DNA from: an uncultured bacterium
GTDB taxonomy: Bacteria; Acidobacteriota; Thermoanaerobaculia; Multivoradales; JAHZIX01
Reading direction: 5' to 3'
Assembly: GCA_965368975.1 (NCBI GenBank)
Contig: CBDUPA010000011.1
Location: 128,001 to 192,000, forward strand
DNA length: 64,000 nucleotides
Shown: positions 28,628-39,694 of the stretch, in pieces
How positions within the stretch are numbered: position 1 is the first letter of the stretch
How the letters are laid out: every line of letters starts with the position of its first letter
Notes under the pieces: generated by a model
Seen by the model: the letters and a program-made list of their open reading frames with translations, nothing else
Told to the model about the DNA's origin: nothing
The model's database searches: none
Program-made: the position numbers and the translations under genes

Positions 28628-29812
28628 GTGCAAGCCTTGGTACACTTCAAGGTCATGCGGAATTCGTTCACCACCTCGAAGGCCCAGCGATGGGCGGCCG
28701 TGACGCCGTCTCAGGGGGCACGGTTTCTCAGGCTGCTGGGCCTGCTGCTCGCGTCGTACCTGCTGCTCCCGGCCACCGCGGAGTCGCCTGCGCCGGAGGC
28801 GCGCCGTTCTATCGACGAGGCCGCTACAGGCACGGCCGCGCTGCCCTTTCTGCGCGGCATGACGGTCACCTGCCCGCGCAGTGGACAGATCTGGGGCAGC
28901 GGACACATGCGCGAGGCGCTGCGCGAACTCAAGAGTCTGGGCGTCGAGTGGGTAGCGATTCATCCCTACGCCGGCATCCGTCGCGATGGCTCCATCCGCT
29001 CGACGCCGGCCGGGCGCACCGGCTACCTGGATCGGGCTATCGACATCGCACGTGAGGAAGGCGTCAACCTGTTCTGGAAGCCGCACCTGGCCTATTGGGG
29101 GCAATTCGACTGGCGAGGGGCCATCACCTTTGGTGATGACCAGGCCGCCTGGAACCGCTTTTTCGCGGACTATCGAGAGTTCCTACTCGATCACGCCCGT
29201 TTCGCCCAGCGCGCCGGGATTCCGCTGCTGGCTGTCGGGGTCGAGCTGGAAAGGACCACTTTCTATGACGCGCAGTGGCGTCAGCTGATTGCCGACGTCC
29301 GCCAGGTGTACCAGGGGCGTATTGTCTACGCTGCCAACTGGGATCGACTTGCGCTCGTGCCCTTCTGGGATGCTGTTGACTACATCGGTGTGCAGGCGTA
29401 CTTTCCGCTCAGCCGTGACCCGGATCCGGACCAGCGAGCGCTGGAATTCGGCTGGCGCCAGCACCTCGCTCAGCTACGTTCGCTGTCACGGCGCTACGGC
29501 GACAAGCCGGTGTTGTTCACCGAGATCGGCTACAACCGTTCCGACACCGCGGCGCTCGAACCGTGGGCTTACGAGGTCCGCGATTCGACCCGCAATCGAG
29601 CGCTGCGGCAGCGCTTGATGGACGTTGCCTTTGATCTGGCCGAGCAGGAACCGATGGTTCGAGGTTTGTTCTGGTGGAAATGGATGCCCGGATCCGTGGC
29701 ATACTCGAACTTCTCGATGCGCGACCCCGAAGCCATCGAATCCCTACGCCGTGCCTGGGCGCCCACGAAAAGCATTGAGCTAGAGACTCGGGTACTCCAT
29801 ACACCCGAGTGA
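28628..29812 (+). CDS. Exported glycoside hydrolase, GH113-like TIM barrel
   Basis: FWKPHL, WRGAI, VGVEL, YAANWD, IGVQAYFPL, VLFTEIGY; signal peptide. Start may be further downstream. Confidence 0.75.
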   Translation: MQALVHFKVMRNSFTTSKAQRWAAVTPSQGARFLRLLGLLLASYLLLPATAESPAPEARRSIDEAATGTAALPFLRGMTVTCPRSGQIWGSGHMREALRELKSLGVEWVAIHPYAGIRRDGSIRSTPAGRTGYLDRAIDIAREEGVNLFWKPHLAYWGQFDWRGAITFGDDQAAWNRFFADYREFLLDHARFAQRAGIPLLAVGVELERTTFYDAQWRQLIADVRQVYQGRIVYAANWDRLALVPFWDAVDYIGVQAYFPLSRDPDPDQRALEFGWRQHLAQLRSLSRRYGDKPVLFTEIGYNRSDTAALEPWAYEVRDSTRNRALRQRLMDVAFDLAEQEPMVRGLFWWKWMPGSVAYSNFSMRDPEAIESLRRAWAPTKSIELETRVLHTPE

Positions 29813-29825
29813 AGGAGAGCAGAGT

Positions 29826-30401
29826 ATGGGACTGGAAGCCGCATTTCCCGGTCACCGCGAGATGGTGACGATGTTGGACCACGCTGTGCAACAGCCGTCA
29901 CCGGAAGACATCACCGCCAACCTCACGGATGGCATGAGCCGGCTGATTGCCGACGGCACAGTACGCCTTCCGGAGGCACTGCGTCAGCCGTGCGGCGATC
30001 ACTACGCCCGGCGCCTGCTCTACCGCAGTGACGACCTGGGCTATGTCGTGGTCGCCATGATCTGGGGGCCGAAGCAGGGTACCGCCCTGCACGACCACGA
30101 CGGTACGTGGTGTGTCGAGGGCGTGCTGGAAGGTCAAATCGAGGTCATCCAGTACGACATGCTGGAGAACCAGGGCGACCGCTGCCGGTTCCGCTGTATG
30201 GGATCCTCGCGCACGGGTGTCGGTACGGCTGGTAGCTTGATTCCGCCCTACGAGTACCACACCATCGCCAACGCTCAGTCGGAGGTCCCGGCCATCACGC
30301 TGCACGTCTACGGTCGTGAGATGAGCGAATGCCGGGTCTTCGAGCCGGTGGAAGCGGACTGGTATCAGCGTAGTGTACGCGCCCTGGCCTACGACAACTG
30401 A
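29826..30401 (+). CDS. Cysteine dioxygenase family (cupin) protein
   Basis: YARRLL, WGPKQGTALHDH, YHTIAN, ITLHVYG. Confidence 0.82.
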   Translation: MGLEAAFPGHREMVTMLDHAVQQPSPEDITANLTDGMSRLIADGTVRLPEALRQPCGDHYARRLLYRSDDLGYVVVAMIWGPKQGTALHDHDGTWCVEGVLEGQIEVIQYDMLENQGDRCRFRCMGSSRTGVGTAGSLIPPYEYHTIANAQSEVPAITLHVYGREMSECRVFEPVEADWYQRSVRALAYDN

Positions 30402-30431
30402 CCTGGAACCTCTGAGGTAGTAAGGCACCAA

Positions 30432-30848
30432 GTGACGCGTTTCGTCGTGCTGGCGGTTCCGCTGCTCGTGTTGGTCATGGCGGTGTTCAATTTCACTGCC
30501 GAGCAGCTCGGCTATGCCACGTCCGAGAACCTACCGGGCAGGACGCTGGTCAGCGTCTGGATCCTCGAAAGTCTGGGGCTGACGGCGCTCTTCTTGCTGG
30601 TGCAGGGGAGAGCCGGTAACCGCTGGCTCAGCGGTCTGGCCAGTGGCTGGATCGCCTGGGTGTTCCGGGGCCCGCTGCTGGTGATCACTGTCGCCGGCAT
30701 TCTGCCCAACTTGCGCCGCGACTGGTGGTCCATTTCGGTTGGGTGGCTGGTGCTCTACACGCTGTGCGGTCTGGCGCTGGCGTTCCTCGATCGTCCCGCT
30801 TCCATTACCGAAGAGACCACCGTCGAAGAACCCACTGCTCCGGCGTGA
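30432..30848 (+). CDS. Hypothetical membrane protein (about 4 TM helices)
   Basis: Four hydrophobic segments; co-oriented within an apparent operon. Confidence 0.7.
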   Translation: MTRFVVLAVPLLVLVMAVFNFTAEQLGYATSENLPGRTLVSVWILESLGLTALFLLVQGRAGNRWLSGLASGWIAWVFRGPLLVITVAGILPNLRRDWWSISVGWLVLYTLCGLALAFLDRPASITEETTVEEPTAPA

Positions 30849-30858
30849 GAACTTGGGC

Positions 30859-31932
30859 ATGAGGATTGCGGCGGTCGGCAAGGCGCTGCCGAGGCACTAC
30901 TACGACCAGCAGCAGTTGCTCGATGCCTTGCGCGAGCTGTGGACACAGCGGCACTACAATCCCGAGCGCCTGGAACGCCTGCACCGCAACGTACTGGTCG
31001 GTGGTCGGCACCTGGCCTTGCCGCTCGAGGACTACTCAGCCCTGGCCACCTGGGGGGAAGCCAATGACGCCTGGATCGAGGTCGCCCAGGACGTCGGCGA
31101 ACGAGCGGTTCGTGATGCTCTGCAGCGTGCCGGCCTACAGCCGCACGATGTCGATGTACTGATCTTCGTGACGGTCACCGGCATCGCGACGCCATCGATC
31201 GACGCCCGACTGGTCAACCGCCTGGGCCTCAAGCCGCAGGTCAAGCGCCTGCCGATCTTCGGCCTCGGCTGCGTTGCCGGCACCGCGGGAGTTGCTCGTG
31301 CCGCCGACTATGTACGCGCCTTTCCGCGCCAAGTCGCAGTGTTGCTGTCCGTCGAGCTGTGCTCGCTGACGCTGCAGCGGGAGGACTTGTCGATTCCCAA
31401 CCTGATTGCCTCCGGCCTCTTCGGTGACGGCGCCGCGGCCGTCGTAGTGGTCGGCGCCGAGCATCCGCGGGCGTCCAGCGCTCAGCCGATGATTGTCGAC
31501 AGCCGTTCCGTCTTCTACCCGGACACCGAGGATGTCATGGGCTGGAACATCTCGGAGCGCGGCTTCCAGATCGTGCTCTCCGCGGACGTGCCCAAGGTGA
31601 CGCGGGACTTCCTGCGCCGGGACGTCGATGCCTTCCTCTCCGAGCACGGTCTGGCGCGTGACGACATCGGTTGCTGGGTCTGTCATCCGGGCGGCCCCAA
31701 GGTGCTCGAGGCGATGCAGTTGGCCTTGGAGTTGCCGGCTGGCGCGCTTGACGTCACCTGGCGCCAGTTGCGCGAAGTCGGCAACTTGAGTTCAACCTCC
31801 GTCTTGCTGGTGTTGCGCGAGTCCTTGCAGCGCCACCAATCCGGCGAGCAGCCGCTCGATCCGGGATCGTTTGGCTTGATGCTGGCCATGGGGCCCGGAT
31901 TCTGCTCGGAGCTGGTTTTGTTGCGCTTCTGA
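30859..31932 (+). CDS. Type III polyketide synthase (chalcone synthase-like)
   Basis: Cys-His-Asn triad motifs GLGCVAG, HPGG, GNLSS; VELCSL, LFGDG, MGPGF. Confidence 0.92.
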   Translation: MRIAAVGKALPRHYYDQQQLLDALRELWTQRHYNPERLERLHRNVLVGGRHLALPLEDYSALATWGEANDAWIEVAQDVGERAVRDALQRAGLQPHDVDVLIFVTVTGIATPSIDARLVNRLGLKPQVKRLPIFGLGCVAGTAGVARAADYVRAFPRQVAVLLSVELCSLTLQREDLSIPNLIASGLFGDGAAAVVVVGAEHPRASSAQPMIVDSRSVFYPDTEDVMGWNISERGFQIVLSADVPKVTRDFLRRDVDAFLSEHGLARDDIGCWVCHPGGPKVLEAMQLALELPAGALDVTWRQLREVGNLSSTSVLLVLRESLQRHQSGEQPLDPGSFGLMLAMGPGFCSELVLLRF

Positions 31933-32057
31933 TCGTCCTGCCGAGGGTGGGCTCCCCTCTACCAGGTTCCTGCCACTAGTTCCTGCGCTGCTAAGATAGA
32001 AAGTCCCCGAGAAACAGTCCCTCGTGCTGTTTGGGAAGTCACTTGGAGAAACCCTAC

Positions 32058-34373
32058 ATGCAACCGCTTCACGCCCTGCTGCAAGGGCTCATAGACTACG
32101 CTGGTCTGTTTCCGCCGGCCCGGCTGGACATGGAAGCGACCGTCCACAACTACGCTGCCTACAGCCGTGGTCCGCGCGCGTGGATGCTGGGACGCTTGAT
32201 TGTGCCGGTCGCGCGTCTGGAGGAGTTCGAGGCTGCCGCGGCAGAGCTGTTGCCGGGGCCCACCGAGGTACCTTGGCGTCTCAGTGTGCTGCCTACGTCC
32301 GACCTACGCGCCTCGCGCGAAGCGATTCGCGCTTTCGGTGAGCGTCACCGCCATGGCGTGTTGATCGATGCGGTCGAGCTACTGGCGCCCGACCCTGAGC
32401 GCATTCGCGAGGCTCTGGAGGTCTTGCCGCGCGATTTGCAGCTCTTCTTCGAGCTATCGTTGGACAGCGAGCGCGATTGGCCCGCGTTGCTAGACGCTCT
32501 CCGGCAAGCTCGCTCCGAGACGAGCGGAGCCGGGCTGGGGGGCGAACGGGTGCACGCCAAAGCACGCACTGGTGGCGTCACCGAGGACGCGCTGCCCTCC
32601 TCAGCGAAGGTGGCGCGTTTTCTGCTGGCGGTCCACCGAGCGGGCGTCCCTTTCAAGGCGACGGCTGGCCTGCACCACGCTCTGCGTGGCAAGTACAGGC
32701 TGACCTACGAGCCGGACAGCCCTCACGGCACCATGCACGGCTTTCTCAATCTCTTCCTTGCCGCCCTCCTGATCCGGGCCGGTAAGCTGCAGACCGAGGA
32801 CGCGGCCGTGAGCCTGCTCGAAACGCGGGACGCCGAAGGCCTGGAACTGACAGCCGAGGGTCTGAGCTGGAACGGCTTGCAGCTGAGCAACGCCGACCTG
32901 GAGGCCGGTCGTGGTGCTTTCGCCATTTCCTACGGCTCCTGCTCCTTCGAGGAGCCACTCGACGATTTGGAACATCTCAACTTGCTTATCGGAGGTCCCG
33001 TGGAATCCTCTTCTTCCGCCACACATGCCAGTGAACAGTCCCGGCTCGATGCGAGCCATGACGCCGCCCGCCGCAGCTGGGTCGAGAGTGCCAACGCGCC
33101 CGGTACCGACTTTCCGCTGCAGAATCTGCCGTTCGGCGTCTTTCGTCACGACGATGGGCCGGTGCCGCACATCGGCGTGGCGATCGGGGACCAGGTGCTG
33201 GATCTGCAAGTCTGTTTCCGCCTCGGGCTGTTCGAGGGCCTACCGGCAGCGCGCGCGGTCGACGGCTACACCAGCCTCAACTTCCTGATGAGCCTGCCGC
33301 GCGAAGAGCGCCTGCCGCTGCGGCACCGCTTGTTCGAGTTGCTCGCCACCGATGCCACACCGCAGCTGCGCGACACAGTTGCCCGCGCGCTCTACCCGCT
33401 GGCCGAGGTCGAGCTGGTGATGCCGGTGCAGATCGGTGACTACACCGACTTCTATGCTTCCGTGCACCATGCGACCAACGTCGGCTCGATGTTCCGGCCC
33501 GACAATCCGCTGTTGCCCAACTACAAGTACATCCCGGTCGGCTACCACGGCCGCGCCTCGTCGGTCGTGGTCAGTGGCACCCCCGTGCGGCGCCCATTGG
33601 GGCAGCGCCGTCCCGATCCGGACGCTCCGCCCAGCTTCGGTCCCAGCCGGCTACTCGACTATGAGCTGGAGGTTGGCCTGCTGGTTGGCCCTGGCAATGG
33701 CCGCGGCCGCTATATCGGTATCGATGGTGCCGAGGAGCACCTGTTCGGCCTCACGCTGGTCAACGATTGGTCAGCCCGCGACCTGCAAGCCTGGGAGTAT
33801 CAGCCGCTCGGCCCCTTCCTGGCCAAGAGCTTCGCCACCAGCATGTCCCCCTGGGTCGTCACTACCGAAGCGCTGGCGCCCTTCCGTGTATCGGCATTCG
33901 AGCGTCCCGAGGGGGATCCGGCGCCACTGCAGCACTTGCACAGCGAGCACGACCAGCAGGCCGGTGCCTTCGACGTCCAGCTCGAGGTCTACCTGCTCAC
34001 TCCGCGCATGCGACAAGAGGGCCTGGACCCCGCTCGCCTCAGTCGCGGGAACTTCCGCCACATGTACTGGACCCCAGCGCAGATGATCACGCACCACACT
34101 TCCAACGGCTGCAACCTGCAGGCCGGTGACCTGCTGGCCAGCGGTACCGTCTCGGGCCCGGACAAGGACAGCCGTGGCTGCCTGTTGGAATTGACCTGGC
34201 GTGGCAAAGAGCCGATCCAGCTACCCAACGGTGAAGAGCGCAAGTTCCTACAGGACGGTGACGAGCTGATCCTGCGTGGCTATTGCGAGCGCGAAGGTTT
34301 CACGCGCATCGGCTTCGGTGAATGTCGAGGGAAAGTCGAGGCGGCTCCCCAGCATCCCCACTCGGAGAATTGA
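32058..34373 (+). CDS. fahA: Fumarylacetoacetase fused to an uncharacterised N-terminal domain of about 310 aa
   Basis: C-terminal DFPLQNLPFG, GDYTDFYAS, YHGRASS, DYELE, NDWSARD, GDLLASGT; N-terminal LIDYAGLFPPA, FKATAGLHH, SYGSCSFEEP. Confidence 0.85.
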   Translation: MQPLHALLQGLIDYAGLFPPARLDMEATVHNYAAYSRGPRAWMLGRLIVPVARLEEFEAAAAELLPGPTEVPWRLSVLPTSDLRASREAIRAFGERHRHGVLIDAVELLAPDPERIREALEVLPRDLQLFFELSLDSERDWPALLDALRQARSETSGAGLGGERVHAKARTGGVTEDALPSSAKVARFLLAVHRAGVPFKATAGLHHALRGKYRLTYEPDSPHGTMHGFLNLFLAALLIRAGKLQTEDAAVSLLETRDAEGLELTAEGLSWNGLQLSNADLEAGRGAFAISYGSCSFEEPLDDLEHLNLLIGGPVESSSSATHASEQSRLDASHDAARRSWVESANAPGTDFPLQNLPFGVFRHDDGPVPHIGVAIGDQVLDLQVCFRLGLFEGLPAARAVDGYTSLNFLMSLPREERLPLRHRLFELLATDATPQLRDTVARALYPLAEVELVMPVQIGDYTDFYASVHHATNVGSMFRPDNPLLPNYKYIPVGYHGRASSVVVSGTPVRRPLGQRRPDPDAPPSFGPSRLLDYELEVGLLVGPGNGRGRYIGIDGAEEHLFGLTLVNDWSARDLQAWEYQPLGPFLAKSFATSMSPWVVTTEALAPFRVSAFERPEGDPAPLQHLHSEHDQQAGAFDVQLEVYLLTPRMRQEGLDPARLSRGNFRHMYWTPAQMITHHTSNGCNLQAGDLLASGTVSGPDKDSRGCLLELTWRGKEPIQLPNGEERKFLQDGDELILRGYCEREGFTRIGFGECRGKVEAAPQHPHSEN

Positions 34374-34418
34374 GATGGATGCGGCTGACGCCCCGGGTGG
34401 TGGGAGCTTCTCGCAGAT

Positions 34419-35183
34419 CTACCCCATCTTGCCGAGCACCCACTCGGCCCAGGAGCGGGGTAAGCGATAGAGAAAGCCCACCAGCCCCCAGCGCCACTGC
34501 CAAGGGAACACCACCTCCGCCTTGCGCTTGGCAATCGAGTCGGCGATCACGCGCACGGCCTTGTCTGTGGGCCACAGGAACGGCGTCTTGAAACTGAGAT
34601 CCTCGGTCATCTCGCTCTCGATGAAGCCCGGGCAGATCGTCGTTACCGCGACATTCCTTCTCTTGTAGGTACCCCGCAGTGCCTGCAGGTGCACGCGCAT
34701 CGCCGCCTTGGAACCGCAATACGATGTGAAGTTGGGCATGCCGAGGTACGAGGCCACGGAGGCGACGCCGACAATGTGGCCGGATCGGCGCTCGGCGAAG
34801 CGTGGCAAGGCCCAGTCCACCGTGTGGACGAAGCCCATGAGGTTGACGTCGTAGATCTTGGCCGCGCGTCCCGAGGTGAACTTGCGGGCGGTTTCCAGGC
34901 GGCTGAAGCCGGCGTTGGCGATGACGATATCGACGCCGCCCAGCTCCTGGTCGAGCTGGTCCATGGCCGCGTGCAGACCGGCCTCGTCGCTCACATCCGC
35001 CGCTGCCCAGGCGGCCGTGCCGCCCTCGCTCCGGATGGCTTCGGTCGCTTCCCGCAGCCGGTCTTCCCGCCGCGCCAGCAGGCCGACCTTGGCGCCGCGG
35101 CGCGCCAGTTCACGACCCAACTCGGCACCGATACCGGACGAGCCGCCCGTGATCAGGACGACCTTGCCGTCGTAGTACCCCAT
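34419..35183 (-). CDS. SDR family oxidoreductase
   Basis: TGGSSGIG, NAG, YCGSK, PGFI. Confidence 0.92.
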   Translation of the reverse strand: MGYYDGKVVLITGGSSGIGAELGRELARRGAKVGLLARREDRLREATEAIRSEGGTAAWAAADVSDEAGLHAAMDQLDQELGGVDIVIANAGFSRLETARKFTSGRAAKIYDVNLMGFVHTVDWALPRFAERRSGHIVGVASVASYLGMPNFTSYCGSKAAMRVHLQALRGTYKRRNVAVTTICPGFIESEMTEDLSFKTPFLWPTDKAVRVIADSIAKRKAEVVFPWQWRWGLVGFLYRLPRSWAEWVLGKMG

Positions 35184-35193
35184 CTCGCGGGGC

Positions 35194-35589
35194 TCAGCTG
35201 TCGGCCGCAGCTTCGCGGCGCTTGCGGATCTGGATGAACGAGTTGATGCACAGAGCGACGAACACCACCGACAGCACAGCCATCACGGACTGCGAGATCA
35301 CCGCCGCGGGACGTTCCATTTCGGTGCCGGTGAGCATCGAGATGCCCTTGAGCAAGCCCTTGGCGGTGCCGAAGATGCCAAGCAAGCCCAGCATCGCCGC
35401 CGCGTGCATGGCATGGCGCATCAGGTGTTCCTTGAGGGCGATCAGGCCGCAGATCAGGAGCGCGATGCCGAAGAAGGCGGGGATCAGGGCGGTGACGCTC
35501 TGCTGTCCGGTCGCGTAGTAGCCGATGGCGCCCAGCAGGACTAGCAGCAGGGCGTAGACGATGGTGACTTGAGGCATGCGGTCGGTCAT
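35194..35589 (-). CDS. Small membrane protein (TMEM14-like, 4 TM helices)
   Basis: GAIGYY...SVTALIPAFFG, RHAMH; four hydrophobic helices. Confidence 0.7.
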   Translation of the reverse strand: MTDRMPQVTIVYALLLVLLGAIGYYATGQQSVTALIPAFFGIALLICGLIALKEHLMRHAMHAAAMLGLLGIFGTAKGLLKGISMLTGTEMERPAAVISQSVMAVLSVVFVALCINSFIQIRKRREAAADS

Positions 35590-35644
35590 GGGGATCTATC
35601 TCCTCGGAAGGGGTGTTTCTGCGATGAGGCCCATCTTATCCGGC

Positions 35645-37462
<1,818 letters not shown>

Positions 37463-37525
37463 GGTTTTGTGGGCCTTCGGTTACAGGGATTGTAGGGTGA
37501 TCAGCAAGCAGACTGGACTCCCCAT

Positions 37526-37789
37526 CTATTTGTCGTTGAACTTTTCGAAGGAAGGCTCGCCACTCTGCGGCTCAGACTCAGCCGTTGCATCTCGGTTTAT
37601 TAGATGCTCGACAGAGCGCCGATCCTCTGGATCCAGTTGATCGATGTAGACAGGCAAGGCCTGCCGAATGACCTTTCCGTAATCCCAATCGAACCATTGA
37701 GCTATGGCCTTAAGTTGCTTGTGTGCCGGTGGGCTGAGAGAGATTGTTGTTCGACCGTTCTTGGGATACTCGCCTCTTGGGTAGCGCAT
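37526..37789 (-). CDS. Putative ribbon-helix-helix (CopG/Arc-like) DNA-binding protein
   Basis: RTTISLS strand, helix AHKQLKAIA, then GKVIRQAL; lower-GC region. Confidence 0.5.
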   Translation of the reverse strand: MRYPRGEYPKNGRTTISLSPPAHKQLKAIAQWFDWDYGKVIRQALPVYIDQLDPEDRRSVEHLINRDATAESEPQSGEPSFEKFNDK

Positions 37790-37825
37790 GGCTACTCATT
37801 GTACCCGCAACCGCTGACCCAGTTC

Positions 37826-37870
37826 ATGCTTAAAATGCTTGAGATGTTTTGGAAGCTTGAAACGCTTGGC
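37826..37870. repeat. 5 x 9-bp imperfect direct repeats (core AnGCTT) in a divergent promoter region
   Basis: atgcttaaa atgcttgag atgttttgg aagcttgaa acgcttggc. Confidence 0.55.
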
Positions 37871-37970
37871 GCGTGATTGGCGACGCTATTGTAGGGGCCA
37901 TTGGGGACGACATTGATACGGCGCGTTAGTTGTAGTATCGTGGCGAAGTCAACTTGATGGAGGATTCCAG

Positions 37971-38507
37971 ATGGGCTTTGAGACATTCGATCGGACCACT
38001 GCCAGCAGGACTACTGAGCCAACCCTGACTGTTCAGCGGAAGGGCGTGATTAGTCTTAGCGGACCTGCCATGCGATTGCTTATGGGTGACGACGTAGAGA
38101 TCCCCCGGGTCATCAAGATAGATCTTCTCTATGATCCCGAGAATAAGATCGTCGGAATTCGACAGGCAGCCCCAAATGCCATGAACCCGCATCTACTTCG
38201 GCAGCAGCGAGGCTCCGAGGTGTACCTTGTCTCTGGCCGACTGTTTGTTCAGCACTATGGGATTGATGCTGCGGTCGCACGCCGCTATCGGGCTAAGAAC
38301 TACGGTCATGGCATTGTTGGTGCCTGCTTAGCTGACCCGTGCGTCCGTGTAGGCAGGAAATATAAGCCGCGATCCAAGACCCGAGACGAAGAGAGCGGAG
38401 ATGAACACTGGAACGCATCCCATGCAACCACCTCGGCTGAGAGTGTAGACATCGGACCGAGTGAATCTTCCAATAGCCAAAGAAGTTTTGAGCCACTCCA
38501 TGACTGA
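37971..38507 (+). CDS. Hypothetical protein, mobile-element type (N-terminus AbrB-like)
   Basis: GGAGG RBS; PTLTVQRKGVISLS...LLYDPENKIVGIR pattern. Family assignment is tentative. Confidence 0.6.
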   Translation: MGFETFDRTTASRTTEPTLTVQRKGVISLSGPAMRLLMGDDVEIPRVIKIDLLYDPENKIVGIRQAAPNAMNPHLLRQQRGSEVYLVSGRLFVQHYGIDAAVARRYRAKNYGHGIVGACLADPCVRVGRKYKPRSKTRDEESGDEHWNASHATTSAESVDIGPSESSNSQRSFEPLHD

Positions 38508-38525
38508 ACCTTGGAGGGAACAATG

Positions 38526-38697
38526 CCTTTAGTCTCTGCGGCTCCTCATGTGGCGGCGGTGAGGAGCCGGTAGAAAGGAAAGCCCGTGTTCTGGCAGCTT
38601 GAAGGGTACCAAGAACACGGGCTAAGTCGCACTGGTCATAACCCTGGGGGGTTCATACAGTGCTCTAGCACCGTACCACTGAATCCCCTTTAGTCTC
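38526..38697. other. Three-hairpin cassette bounded by an 11-bp direct repeat (cctttagtctc)
   Basis: Stems at 38539-38569, 38581-38623 and 38629-38663; direct repeat at 38526-38536 and 38687-38697. Confidence 0.55.
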
Positions 38698-38963
38698 AAC
38701 ACCTATGCCGCGCAGTGCGCGGAAGGGGAAACTATGGAATACAGAAAGCGTATTGGATCTGATACTTGGCACTTCTGCAAGAACTGCTCGAGCTGGCCAG
38801 TTGGGCGTCCAGGAATCGACTACATTTCTCGTAGTACAAGGCCGACTTCGGGAGAGTTCGATAACGAGTGTCAGGCTAAGTCAAGTGCTGGGGTCTGCAA
38901 GCACGGCTAACGAGGTCGTGATCTGTTGAGCGGTAGTATGCATGTAGCACCTCCGCTAGGTTG

Positions 38964-38997
38964 AGCAGGGCGGGTCAGGGCCCTGGCCCGCTCTGCT
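38964..38997. terminator. GC-rich stem-loop (possible terminator)
   Basis: agcagggcgggtcagg pairs with cctggcccgctctgct (two G-U pairs). Confidence 0.4.
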
Positions 38998-39424
38998 GCT
39001 AGATGCACACCCTGTGCGGCTGCTGCACTGGGCGCGGCAAGAGCTGCCTTGTCCTGGTATTTGAATCTCTCGCAAAGGGCGCTTCTAAGCGCGCAGAGCG
39101 TAGGTCAGAGCGCTGACTGGCCTTATGGTCTAGGTCGGCAGCAAGGGCTTGATCTTTGCGCTCGGCCCTATTCCTCGCGCCCAGCCTTAGAGTACGTATT
39201 GACCCAAGTGCGCCTACAGACGCGCTCCAGACTTGTGGGTTCTCTACGTGCTCTAACAGCAGAGCTACCATTCGCAGAGTCGAGACCTGCTCAGGGGGGG
39301 CTCGAGAGAGGGCGAGTTGCCTCCGTTCGTGGTTTAGATGCTCTGAGTTTCTAGAATGGGTGGTACATGACGGGCGGGCAACTGTTGGGTATACAATGAG
39401 CTAGAAGATTAGAAGAGACAACTT

Positions 39425-39694
39425 ATGAGCACCCTGACCATCGAATACCCATCCGAGATCCTTTGGGCCTTGCAGCAAGAGCCTGAGGAGTTCCGTGAAC
39501 AAGCGCGGCTCATGCTCGCCCTGAAGCTCTACGAGACCGGCAAGCTTTCCACGGGCTTGGCTGCCAAGCTCGCGGGGGTACCGCGAGTCACATTCCTCTT
39601 CCTCCTGGGGCAACACGGCCTGTCCCCTTTCTCGGAAGAGCCTTCCGAGCTAACCCAGGACCTGGAAGATGCCCGTAGGGTCAGTCAGCCGTAA
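39425..39694 (+). CDS. UPF0175 family putative antitoxin
   Basis: RLMLALKLYETGKLSTGLAAKLAGVPRVTFLFLL; TACAAT at 39392-39397 upstream. Confidence 0.85.
   Translation: MSTLTIEYPSEILWALQQEPEEFREQARLMLALKLYETGKLSTGLAAKLAGVPRVTFLFLLGQHGLSPFSEEPSELTQDLEDARRVSQP

Noticed and set aside
38705-39404. Short ORFs on both strands in the lower-GC islet (e.g. 38705-38929, 38999-39271, 39049-39354)
   Set aside because: No recognisable motifs, RBS or codon bias; cannot be supported as genes without a search.
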